Below are positions 7,956 through 16,850 of a stretch of 64,000 nucleotides of DNA, in pieces. Positions within the stretch are counted from its first letter, which is position 1. Each line of letters opens with the position of its first letter. Made by a program: the position numbers and the translations under genes. The notes below the pieces were generated by a model. The model ran no database searches and was not told where the DNA came from. It saw only the letters and a list, made by a program, of their open reading frames with translations. The stretch is from Acidobacteriota bacterium (GTDB lineage: Bacteria > Acidobacteriota > CAIWXX01), in assembly GCA_040755995.1 (NCBI GenBank), contig JBFMAF010000024.1, forward strand, positions 309,940 to 373,939, read 5' to 3'.

Positions 7956-10034
7956 ATGGAATCCGTGACACTCGACGATGCCCGGCGCAACGACGTGGTG
8001 GCGGCGCTCGGGAAATGCCCGCTCTTCCGCGCGCTCAAGGCTGAGCACTTCCCTCAGATTATCAACATTGGTGAGCTCTACCAGTATGATCCGGAGGAGG
8101 TGATCATACGGCAGGGAGATCCCTCTGATTCGTTCTTCGTGATTGTGGATGGTGAGGTATCCGTGAGAGATGCCAAGCCCGACGGCGAGTACATAGAGCT
8201 CGGGCGAATGCCCGCGAAGAGCAGCGTCGGCGAGATCGGCCTGTTGTTGGATGAGCCTCGGACTGCCACCGTGGTGGCCACTCAGCAGGCGGTGGTGTTG
8301 AAGTTCGGCGCGAAGGCCTTCCATGTCATGTTCCAGAAGATCCCGGATTTCGGCGTGGGGGTTAGCCGCGGGCTGGCCCACCGGCTGGAGCAGGTATCGG
8401 GCCGTCGCGTAGCGCTGCCCGAGTACGACACGACGAAGCCGAGGCCCCCGGTCGACGTGCTCAGCCTGCTCCCCAGGGAGCTGTGCCAGCGCCATCGCAT
8501 CCTCCCGCTGCAGGTCGATGGGAGTATCGTCACGATGGGGTTCGTGGATGAGCCCAGCACGCAGGTGATGACCGCCGTTCGCGACCAGCTCGCCAGCATG
8601 GACATCAGACCCATGCACATCAACCTCGAGTTCTACAACAAGATCATGCAGAGCTACGTCGGGCTGGAAGGCTGGGGAGCGCCAGCCGAGGCTGCCCCCG
8701 AGGCGCCCCCAGCTGCACGACCTCAATCCAAGTCGCCTCGGCTGGATGGTCTGTTGGAGAGGGTGGTGGCGGAAGGCGCATCGGATTTGCACGTGTCCGC
8801 CGGCCACAAGCCTCACTGGCGCATAGAAGGCGACATGCAGACGATCGTGGACCTACCGGTGCTTGGCGAGAACGAGGTCTTCGAGCTGCTCCAGCCGGTA
8901 ATGGAACACAGGCATCTGGACGAGTTCGCGGAGAGAATGGACGCGGACTTCGCCTACGCGGTGCCCGGCCTCGCCCGTTTCCGCGTCAACATGTACAAGG
9001 ACAACCACGGGGTCGGTGCGGCTTTCCGTCTGATTCCGTCCAAGGTTCTCACACTCGATCAGCTCGGCCTCCCCGCAGTCCTCAAGAACTTCTGCGAGGT
9101 TCCCAAGGGGCTGATCCTGGTGACGGGTCCGACCGGCTGCGGGAAGTCCACAACCCTGGCCGCGATGATAGACCACATCATCAAGACGCGCAAGGCACAC
9201 ATCGTGACGCTGGAGGACCCGATCGAGTTCGTTCATCAGAGCGATGCCTGCCTGATCAACCAGCGCGAGATCGGGGGTCAGGTGCAGAGCTTCGGCAGAG
9301 GCTTGCGCGCCGCGCTGCGCGAGGACCCGGACATAGTTCTACTGGGCGAGATGCGGGATGCAGAGACGATCGCATTGGCGCTCGAGACCGCCAACACGGG
9401 CCACCTTGTGCTGGCCACGTTGCACACAAACACAGCCATCACGGCGCTCGACCGGATCATCGACTCGTTCCCCGGCGACCAGCAACCCCAGATTCAGAGC
9501 ACGCTCGGGGATGTGTTGAGAGGCGTCGTCGCGCAGATGCTCGTCAAGAAGATCGGCGGAGGCCGCATGGCCGTGTGCGAGGTCATGGTCGTGAACTACG
9601 CCATACAGAACCTCGTCCGCGAGAAGAAGACTCAACAGATCCCCAGCGTCATGCAGACGGCCAGGGGCATAGGGATGGCACTGCTCAACGACGAGCTTGC
9701 GAAGCTGGTGGAGGATCGGAAGATCGAGATGCAGGAGGCCATGAGCAAGGCCATCGACAAGGACGATCTCAACCGGCGCTTCCGGAGCGGCCTGACGCTC
9801 GCCGAGGACCCACCCACCTTCGAGCGGGTCCGGATCATCGCTGTGAGGCCGTCGACTCCGGCCTCCGAGGCCGGGCTGCATCGCGGAGACTACATCGTGG
9901 AATTCGCCGGGAAGCCGACCAAGGAGTACACGGTGGACGAGATTCGAGCCGCCTTCCGCATCGATATGCAGCACCAGCTCGGCATCCAGAGGGGTGACAA
10001 GCGCCTCAAGATTGTCATGGACATGCGCAAGTAA
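7956..10034 (+). CDS. pilT: PilT-family retraction ATPase with N-terminal cNMP-binding and GspE/PilB-N subdomains and a C-terminal PDZ
   Basis: GGAGG RBS; cNMP cassette GEIGLLLDEPRTATV; SDLHVSAG, RFRVN, GPTGCGKST, EDPIE, LREDPD, GEMRD, TLH, AIQNLVRE; PDZ (VRPSTPASEAGLHRGDYIVEFAG). Confidence 0.9.
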   Translation: MESVTLDDARRNDVVAALGKCPLFRALKAEHFPQIINIGELYQYDPEEVIIRQGDPSDSFFVIVDGEVSVRDAKPDGEYIELGRMPAKSSVGEIGLLLDEPRTATVVATQQAVVLKFGAKAFHVMFQKIPDFGVGVSRGLAHRLEQVSGRRVALPEYDTTKPRPPVDVLSLLPRELCQRHRILPLQVDGSIVTMGFVDEPSTQVMTAVRDQLASMDIRPMHINLEFYNKIMQSYVGLEGWGAPAEAAPEAPPAARPQSKSPRLDGLLERVVAEGASDLHVSAGHKPHWRIEGDMQTIVDLPVLGENEVFELLQPVMEHRHLDEFAERMDADFAYAVPGLARFRVNMYKDNHGVGAAFRLIPSKVLTLDQLGLPAVLKNFCEVPKGLILVTGPTGCGKSTTLAAMIDHIIKTRKAHIVTLEDPIEFVHQSDACLINQREIGGQVQSFGRGLRAALREDPDIVLLGEMRDAETIALALETANTGHLVLATLHTNTAITALDRIIDSFPGDQQPQIQSTLGDVLRGVVAQMLVKKIGGGRMAVCEVMVVNYAIQNLVREKKTQQIPSVMQTARGIGMALLNDELAKLVEDRKIEMQEAMSKAIDKDDLNRRFRSGLTLAEDPPTFERVRIIAVRPSTPASEAGLHRGDYIVEFAGKPTKEYTVDEIRAAFRIDMQHQLGIQRGDKRLKIVMDMRK

Positions 10035-10068
10035 CTGCTGCGGGCGGCAGGCGAGACGGGGGTAGGAG

Positions 10069-10725
10069 ATGACCAAGAGATCGTTCTTGTCGAAGGGCGC
10101 AGTGCTGTGGGAATTCGGCGATCTAGCCCGCAGCATCGCCGTGGTCGAACAGGGCAAGCTGGGCATCCGAACGGAGAAAGGGGACGTCATCGGCGTCGTC
10201 CTGCCGAAGATGATACTCGGCGAGACCGCCATCTTCACGCTCGATGGGCAGGCGCCGCGCCGAACGGCGACAGCGTTTGCGATGGAGGACTACACGCAGG
10301 TGACCGAATACCCCGTGCTAGTAGTGAAGGGCATGGTGGAGTCCGGCAATCTCGCGATCATCTCCCAGATCCTGAAGACGCTTACGGGCCAGGTGAGTCG
10401 AATCTGCCTGGTCCTGTCAGGGGCTAACAGGGATCGCCCGGTGATACGTTCGACGATGCAGGGACTGCTGACGGGCATCGTTCACTCGGCGAAGGAGCTC
10501 GGCACCATCACCACCTGGGACGACTTCTTCCGCGCCTTCCGATTCCTGTCGATATTCAGGGACGAGCTGGGCAGGCTCTGCGGGGACTTCATGCCCGGCG
10601 CAGCGGTGCAGTCGGAGACGCTCGACAAGCTGTCGACTACCATCAAAGAGATGTTCGGCGGCGATGACAGCATCGTCTTGCAGTTGGAGCAGTTCGTCGA
10701 TGCATCTCGGGAGAAGGAGACATAG
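10069..10725 (+). CDS. Cyclic-nucleotide-binding domain protein with a helical C-terminus
   Basis: GGAG RBS; LWEFGD..SIAVVEQGKL..LGETAIF..RTATAFA cNMP fold; no obvious Crp HTH. Confidence 0.75.
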   Translation: MTKRSFLSKGAVLWEFGDLARSIAVVEQGKLGIRTEKGDVIGVVLPKMILGETAIFTLDGQAPRRTATAFAMEDYTQVTEYPVLVVKGMVESGNLAIISQILKTLTGQVSRICLVLSGANRDRPVIRSTMQGLLTGIVHSAKELGTITTWDDFFRAFRFLSIFRDELGRLCGDFMPGAAVQSETLDKLSTTIKEMFGGDDSIVLQLEQFVDASREKET

Positions 10726-10825
10726 AGCAGAGACCTGCCCCGCGATGACTGCCCATTTCTCTGGGAGGACTGCGGCGGCGCGGGCCAAGGTGTCCGACGC
10801 CTCAGCCTCCGCCGCCGGCGGGTCA

Positions 10826-11545
10826 TCACGACTTCAACCTTATCGTGAACCTGCAGCCCTTCCCCGCCAGGTTGCGCCATTCAATGCTGGCGCCGCATAG
10901 GCGGCAGATCTTTGCGACGATTGTGAGGCCAAGCCCGGTCCCCTGTGTCGAGGTGGAGAAGAATGGGCGCAGTATTCTGGAGGCGTTCTCCGCCGGGATG
11001 CCTGGGCCCTCGTCGTCCACATGCAGCAAGACCCCGTTGTCCTGTGCCTGCCAAGAGACCATGACCGTGGAACCGGGAGGCGAGAAGCGAATCGCGTTCG
11101 AGAGGAGCTCCTCGACCACGGTGCGCAGATGCTCCCGGTTGCAGGTGACTCGGACGGGTTCCCCAGAGACCAGGACCAATGACACGTTCCCCCCGCGTGC
11201 CTCATGCAGAACACAACGGAGGCCGGTTGCGACTACCTCGGAGATGTCGAGGGAGCTGGGTCGAAGCGGCTCGATCTTGACGAACCGCTGCATGTCCCTG
11301 ACCGCTCCGTCGATTCTAGCCACCGCCGCGAGGATGCTCGTAACATAGTCGAGAATCTCCCCCTGCGGCTTGATGAGATGCTGGACAAGCTGCGCTCCAG
11401 ACTTGATCGTGGCCAACGGATTGCGGATTTCGTGTGCCAAGCGCAAGACCATCTCGCCCAGATCGTCGGCTGTGAACTCCTCGGACCCGGGTGTCAGTGC
11501 ATCGTCAAGTCGGGCCGATGCATCGGGACCGTTCCTACCAGGCAT
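10826..11545 (-). CDS. Histidine kinase without a sensor domain (HisKA + HATPase_c)
   Basis: LAHEIRNPL; ELLSNAIRFS, DDEGPGI, PFFST, GTGLGL. Confidence 0.9.
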   Translation of the reverse strand: MPGRNGPDASARLDDALTPGSEEFTADDLGEMVLRLAHEIRNPLATIKSGAQLVQHLIKPQGEILDYVTSILAAVARIDGAVRDMQRFVKIEPLRPSSLDISEVVATGLRCVLHEARGGNVSLVLVSGEPVRVTCNREHLRTVVEELLSNAIRFSPPGSTVMVSWQAQDNGVLLHVDDEGPGIPAENASRILRPFFSTSTQGTGLGLTIVAKICRLCGASIEWRNLAGKGCRFTIRLKS

Positions 11546-11689
11546 CCGGCAGCCACCCTTCTGTCGCCCGCCCGGCCATCCACGAGCTGGAGGCTGCCTC
11601 GCCGCGGGGCCACCTGCACGGTGGAATCTCCGCGGCCAGACCGACGTTGCCTGAGAGGAATTGGACGGCCCCGGGTTGCGAAAGGGCGC

Positions 11690-13318
11690 TCACTTCGGAG
11701 CCTCTCCCGGCTGGGCTTGCCCCGGCGGCGGCGCGGAAACCCTGTCCAGCACCTCCCTCACCCTACGCGCCAGCTCCCCGAGCTTGAAAGGTTTCGTCAA
11801 GGCCCCCCCCACTCTCTCATCGATGAGATCCGCTTGCTCGATCCCGTGCTCATATCCGGACATGTACAGGAAGTGGGTCTGGGGCGACAAGGACATGGCA
11901 CGGGAACGAAGCTCGCGCCCCCCCATCTGAGGCATGACAACGTCGGTTATCACAAGTTGCACCGGGGCTCGTGAGGAGCCAAGTATCTCCAGAGCCTCAC
12001 GTCCGTTGCGAGCAACCGTCACCTGGTAGCCGAGGAAGGACAAGGTCTTCTGCAAGATCCACCGAAGCTCCGGCTGATCCTCGACAACCAGTATCGACTC
12101 CTGCCCGCCTCGGGTCTTCTCATCGTGCAGGTCGCACTCGATCTCCTGAATCCTCTCCTCAGTCGGAGGAAGATACACGAAGAGGCTGGAGCCTCCACCG
12201 AGAGCACTGGTCGCATCAACCATCCCCTTGTGCTGCTTCACAATCGTATAGACCGTCGCGAGTCCCAGGCCCGTTCCGCCCGCGGCCAGCTTGGTCGTGA
12301 AGAAAGGCCTGAACACCCTTCCCAGGGTGTCTTGATCCATCCCGATGCCTGTGTCCTGGACGGCGATTCTCACGTAGCGCCCAGGTCTTCCCCACGGGTG
12401 GGTCGCGAGAAAGGCTTCTGTGATTGCCACATGTTCCGTCGAGATGGTGATGATTCCCGTGTCGGGTATTGCGTCATTGGCGTTGGCGCACAGATTCAAG
12501 ATCACCTGCTCCATCTGTCCCCTGTCGGCGACTACCGTCGCGGCCTGAGAACATAGCGCGAGCCGGACCTCGATGCTTTCACGGATGAGCCTGCGAAGCA
12601 TCGGCTGCATTTCCAGAATCATGGAATTCAGGTCGATCACAGCGTCCTGGCGCTCGCGGGGCCTTGCGAATGCGAGGAGTCCGCGGATGAGCTCCCTCGC
12701 CCGCTCGGCCGCACGGATGATGACACGGGTCTCTTCCAGGCCCGATTGATCAGGGGCGAAGCGGGCGCCGACTATCTCGCTCGCTCCCAGAATCACCGTG
12801 ATGAGGTTGTTGAAGTCGTGTGCAACGCTGCCCGCCAAGCGGCCGAGCGTCTCCATCCTCTGCGCCAGGCGCACCTGTTCTTGCATCTGGAACCGGTCAG
12901 TGACATCCGAGTAAATCGACGCGTATCCCACCGGCTGACCGACGCCATCCTGTAAGGGCAGGGCGACGATGTGATGGCTGAACTCCTTGCCGTCGGTCCG
13001 ACGACCGCTCACCAGGCCCCGCCAGACCTGGCCCCGCGCGAGACATTCGCGCGGCCGCTGGCACGGTTCAGCGAGACCCTCATCCCTGAACAAGAGGTGA
13101 TCCTTGCCCATCACCTCCTCCGGGGACGAGGCCACCATCCGCAAGTAAGCCTCGTTCGCATATCGCGTCCTGCCTGCGGTGTCAGTGATCACGACCCCCT
13201 CTGCCAGCTGGTCGAGCACGTTCAGCAGTGCGCTGCGATCCGCACCCCGGACGGAAGCTGTCCTCGCCACCTCTCTGGGCCCCCTTTCCAATGCGGGCTG
13301 CACTGCCTCGTCGTTCAT
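11690..13318 (-). CDS. PAS-domain hybrid histidine kinase (CckA-like PAS-HisKA-HATPase-REC)
   Basis: PAS/PAC; AHDFNNL; NLCANANDA, DTGIGM, PFFTTK, GTGLGL; REC VITDVVMP..KPF. Start 13318 chosen over the ORF start 13609. Confidence 0.92.
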   Translation of the reverse strand: MNDEAVQPALERGPREVARTASVRGADRSALLNVLDQLAEGVVITDTAGRTRYANEAYLRMVASSPEEVMGKDHLLFRDEGLAEPCQRPRECLARGQVWRGLVSGRRTDGKEFSHHIVALPLQDGVGQPVGYASIYSDVTDRFQMQEQVRLAQRMETLGRLAGSVAHDFNNLITVILGASEIVGARFAPDQSGLEETRVIIRAAERARELIRGLLAFARPRERQDAVIDLNSMILEMQPMLRRLIRESIEVRLALCSQAATVVADRGQMEQVILNLCANANDAIPDTGIITISTEHVAITEAFLATHPWGRPGRYVRIAVQDTGIGMDQDTLGRVFRPFFTTKLAAGGTGLGLATVYTIVKQHKGMVDATSALGGGSSLFVYLPPTEERIQEIECDLHDEKTRGGQESILVVEDQPELRWILQKTLSFLGYQVTVARNGREALEILGSSRAPVQLVITDVVMPQMGGRELRSRAMSLSPQTHFLYMSGYEHGIEQADLIDERVGGALTKPFKLGELARRVREVLDRVSAPPPGQAQPGEAPK

Positions 13319-13926
13319 ACTCTTCCCGTTTTCATGGGCTAACAGGATACCTTCAGTATCCATCCCGCTACGTGCCGCGCGGCGGACTCGCTCGTCTGCC
13401 ACGACGACCCGCCCTCCCGGAGGCGGGTTCCTCTCGGTTGCCCCAATGCCCCGGCCGGCATGGCTGGACCGCTCGATGCGGTACCCCGGCCGCATCCTGT
13501 GTACCGCTGCATTCCCGCTGTCCACAGGTCGGCGGCACCCGTCAGCATGGTCCATCCCTGTTAATATGAGCCAGCGCGAGGATGACTGTAGTCGGACGAA
13601 AGCCCTCATGTGCCATATGGCAGAGTCCTACCCGATTGGCGCCCTGAGGGCACGCCCTGCGTCGGCCCGGCCGCGCACGGTGTGCTCTTGCCGAACGAGC
13701 CAGTCTTCAGTCGCATCCAACAATTCTCCCTCAACTAAGGATGATTTGGCCAGAAGGGCCCATCTTGCGCGGTAATGTGGATTTTTTTTCGGCGGATGAA
13801 ACCGGGACAGTGCTCATGAACAACCGGGCATACCCGTGACACCGAGACCAGGTGCGTGAATGACGGGTGCGCGGAGGGCTTCAGACTCGTGAATTGTGAT
13901 ATCATGTGCGGCAGATCACGTGAGAC

Positions 13927-15243
13927 ATGGCCCTCTGTCTAGTAGTCGAAGACGACCCGGACGAGAGCCGGGTGCTGGCAGGAGCGCTTCGCGCGGGTGG
14001 TCATCAGGTCCTGTGCGCGAGGGACGGCCGCTCGGCCTCGGAGATCTGCCATCTCCACCGACCCGAGCTCGTACTTCTGGATCTGGGCCTGCCTGATATT
14101 GACGGGATGAGCCTGATCCCGACCCTGATCCGGCTTTCCCCATTCAGTCGGGTGGTGGTGCTCACCGGGCTTGACAGCGTCCGGGCTTCCGTCGCGGCTC
14201 TGCGCGCTGGCGCCCGTCACTACCTGGTGAAGCCATGGGACCTCGAGGAGCTCCTGCTGATCGTCGAGAGGGAGTCGCGCAGTGTCGACTCGAACGAGGT
14301 GTGTGCCAGGGAGCGGGTTGGATCCGTCTTCTGGGGCACGCACCCCGCGATGACACGCCTGAGGCGGCAGCTGGAGAAGTTGTCCGGGGCTCCGACCACC
14401 CCGGTTTTCATAGAGGGTGAGACGGGGAGCGGCAAGGAGGTCATAGCGAGGGAGCTGCACCGGCTGACTGCTGATGCCAAGGAATTCCTCGCGCTAAACT
14501 GCGCGGCGATACCAGGTGAGCTTCTGGAGAGCGAGCTGTTCGGGCACGAGCGCGGCGCATTCACCGGCGCCGAGATGCGACGCAGAGGATTGGTGGAGCT
14601 CGCACGTGACGGCACGCTCTTCCTTGACGAGGTATCGGAGACGCCCCCTTCACTGCAGGCGAAGCTCCTTCGTTTCCTCCAGGATCATCGATTCAGGAGG
14701 GTAGGCGGTGAGGTGGAGCTCTCGGCTCCGAGTCGGGTTGTCGCAGCCACTCACCGCGATGTCGATGCGCTGGTGCAGGAGGGCAGATTCAGAAACGACC
14801 TGTTCTACCGGCTGGCTGTCGTGCGCCTGAAAGTCCCTCCCCTCTGTGCACGTCGCGACGATCTCCTCCCACTCGCCTACTTCCTCATCCAGACGATTGC
14901 CCGAACCCTTGGGCGAGCACCTCGCCAGCTGACTCCCTCTGCCGAGCAGGCCGTATTAGACCATGACTGGCCCGGCAACGTGCGAGAGCTCAAGAACCGC
15001 CTCGAGCGAGCAACGGTTCTCGGGGAGGGTGAGTACATCCAGCACGAAGACCTCGACCTTCCAGGGAGTCCGCCGCGAGCGACGCAGCGCCCTGCTGCCG
15101 GCAAGACAACCGAGCAGCTCAGCAGGGTGCTGGAGGCGGAGCGCTGGAACATCTCCAAGGCCGCGAGGCGCCTGGGCGTAGAGCGGCACTGGCTCCGGTA
15201 TCGCCTGAAGAAAATGGGGCTCAGCAGGCCGGTCGATCGGTAG
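13927..15243 (+). CDS. Sigma-54-dependent response regulator
   Basis: REC LLDLGLP; GETGSGKE, GAFTGA, FLDEV, WPGNVRELKN; C-terminal HTH. Confidence 0.95.
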   Translation: MALCLVVEDDPDESRVLAGALRAGGHQVLCARDGRSASEICHLHRPELVLLDLGLPDIDGMSLIPTLIRLSPFSRVVVLTGLDSVRASVAALRAGARHYLVKPWDLEELLLIVERESRSVDSNEVCARERVGSVFWGTHPAMTRLRRQLEKLSGAPTTPVFIEGETGSGKEVIARELHRLTADAKEFLALNCAAIPGELLESELFGHERGAFTGAEMRRRGLVELARDGTLFLDEVSETPPSLQAKLLRFLQDHRFRRVGGEVELSAPSRVVAATHRDVDALVQEGRFRNDLFYRLAVVRLKVPPLCARRDDLLPLAYFLIQTIARTLGRAPRQLTPSAEQAVLDHDWPGNVRELKNRLERATVLGEGEYIQHEDLDLPGSPPRATQRPAAGKTTEQLSRVLEAERWNISKAARRLGVERHWLRYRLKKMGLSRPVDR

Positions 15244-15317
15244 CCACTTTCTCCAGTTCCCCCGGCCGGATTCTCCAATTGCTCCACTAGCCGCCTGAGA
15301 AATCCTGGATGTCGATC

Positions 15318-15333
15318 TGGCATCCGGCATGCA
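15318..15333 (+). promoter_or_regulatory. Candidate sigma-54 (-24/-12) promoter
   Basis: TGGCATCCGGCATGCA has GG-N10-GC spacing and sits directly downstream of a sigma-54 activator gene. Confidence 0.45.
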
Positions 15334-15345
15334 GGGGGTGCGTGC

Positions 15346-16554
15346 GTGACCCGAGTGCTGATCGTGGATGACGAGGCGGAGCTGGTCCGCAACATCGCCA
15401 ACTACCTTGGGTCCTTCGGCGACGAGTTCAGGGTCTCCACGGCTCTTACCGGCGAGGACGCGTTGTTGATTCTGAAGCGCGGCTCCGTGGACGTCCTGGT
15501 GACAGATGTGAGGCTCCCTGCGATGGATGGACTCGATCTCCTCCGGCGCACGATGGACCTGAGCCCCAACACCAGGGTGCTTGTGATGACGGCGTTCGCT
15601 TCCCCTGATCTGCGAAGCCTGGCGCTCCGAGAAGGAGCTCAGAGATTCATCGAGAAACCGCTGGATCTCGACGATCTTCGCAAAGCCGTCCATGAGGCCA
15701 TGGACCTCGGTCGGGGTTGGACAGGACAGGTGGGTCACCTCGACATGTTCGACGTCGCGCAGATCATGGCCCTGAGCAGGAAGGACAGGACGATCCAGGT
15801 TTCGTGCCAGCGCGAGAAAGGGGTCCTGCGCTTCGCTGAGGGGTCGCTGCTGCACGCCTCCGTAGGCGATCTCGAAGGTGTCAAAGCCTTCTACCGCATG
15901 GTGGATTGGGTCGGCGGGAGATTCGAAGAAATCGAAGGTGATGCCGCCGCGAGGTACCAGTGTAACGTGGATCTTCCGCTGACACACCTCCTGATGGAGG
16001 CTGCACGACTTCGAGATGAGCAACACGGCTCCCGGAGGCGGCCTGGAGCCGAGGAGGGATTGCGCGGCACCGGCCAGGAGGTGCGTACGCTACTCCAGGA
16101 GCTGGAATCTGCGCCGGTCGCGGTGGCCGGTGACTCTCATATACCAGAAAAGGAGGAACGACCGATGGCGCTCAAGGATCATTTCAACGAGTTGGCCGCA
16201 GTCGAGGGGTTCAGGGGTCTCGCAGTGTTCTCGCCCAACGGGGAGATGCTCGATGGTATCGTATCCGGCAAGTTCGACATCAAGGCGGCCGGGATGTTCG
16301 CGAACAACGCTCTTCTGAACGCGCAGAAGGCGACGGACCAGATGGGAGTAGGGCGAGGCAACCTGATGCAGATCCGTGCCCCGCAGGCGGTGGTGATCAT
16401 GCGGTGCCTCAACGAGGCGCCGGAGTTCTCCCAGACCGTGCCGGGGAAGGCACACTTCCACACAGTAGTCGTCTTGGACCCGGAGGGGAACACGGGGCTT
16501 GCGTCAATGCTACTGGACAAGACCGTGACCAAGATGACGGCAGAGCTTCGCTAG
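15346..16554 (+). CDS. REC + DUF4388 (PatA-N-like) + C-terminal roadblock/LC7-like domain protein
   Basis: REC (VDDE, VTDVRLP, EKP); GQVGHLDMFDVAQIM..G.LRFAEGSLLHA..HLLMEAARLRDE; separate C-terminal domain from MALKDH. Confidence 0.85.
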   Translation: MTRVLIVDDEAELVRNIANYLGSFGDEFRVSTALTGEDALLILKRGSVDVLVTDVRLPAMDGLDLLRRTMDLSPNTRVLVMTAFASPDLRSLALREGAQRFIEKPLDLDDLRKAVHEAMDLGRGWTGQVGHLDMFDVAQIMALSRKDRTIQVSCQREKGVLRFAEGSLLHASVGDLEGVKAFYRMVDWVGGRFEEIEGDAAARYQCNVDLPLTHLLMEAARLRDEQHGSRRRPGAEEGLRGTGQEVRTLLQELESAPVAVAGDSHIPEKEERPMALKDHFNELAAVEGFRGLAVFSPNGEMLDGIVSGKFDIKAAGMFANNALLNAQKATDQMGVGRGNLMQIRAPQAVVIMRCLNEAPEFSQTVPGKAHFHTVVVLDPEGNTGLASMLLDKTVTKMTAELR

Positions 16555-16850
16555 CTGGGCCACGCGATTGCGGGCGATCCCCACGTGACGGGGATCGCCC
16601 GGGGGGCCCATCGGTCCCCACGGCTCGAGACCTGCACCGGAAGCCCAAGGGAGAGATCCCCGGCCAATGCAGACGCCTGCTTTCTTGCCGTATGACCCCA
16701 CGCATGCGCGGGCGGCAGGTCGTGACGTTGTAGTGTGGGTGGGTCGTGTGCTTGCGAAGGCGCAGACAACCTGCTAGATTTGTCGTCAGTCAGGCGTGCA
16801 GGCGGGACCGCCCGCCGAATCAGACTCTCGATGTCTACGGAGGAGGATTC

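Noticed and set aside
4969..10725. Pycsar/CBASS-type defence system (cyclase + cNMP-binding effector + MBL)
   Set aside because: The parts overlap superficially with Pycsar, but the cyclase is REC-controlled with Cya2-like purine residues, and the cNMP readers are a PilT and a soluble protein, not TIR or TM effectors. Not formally excluded without a product assay.
13599..13616. Minus-strand sigma-54 promoter (TGGCAC...) for the PAS kinase
   Set aside because: The GG-to-GC spacing is 9 nt rather than the required 10.
16556..16572. Sigma-54 promoter upstream of the serine protease
   Set aside because: It has GG-N10-GC spacing but a poor -24 context (GGGCC), which is likely by chance in GC-rich DNA.
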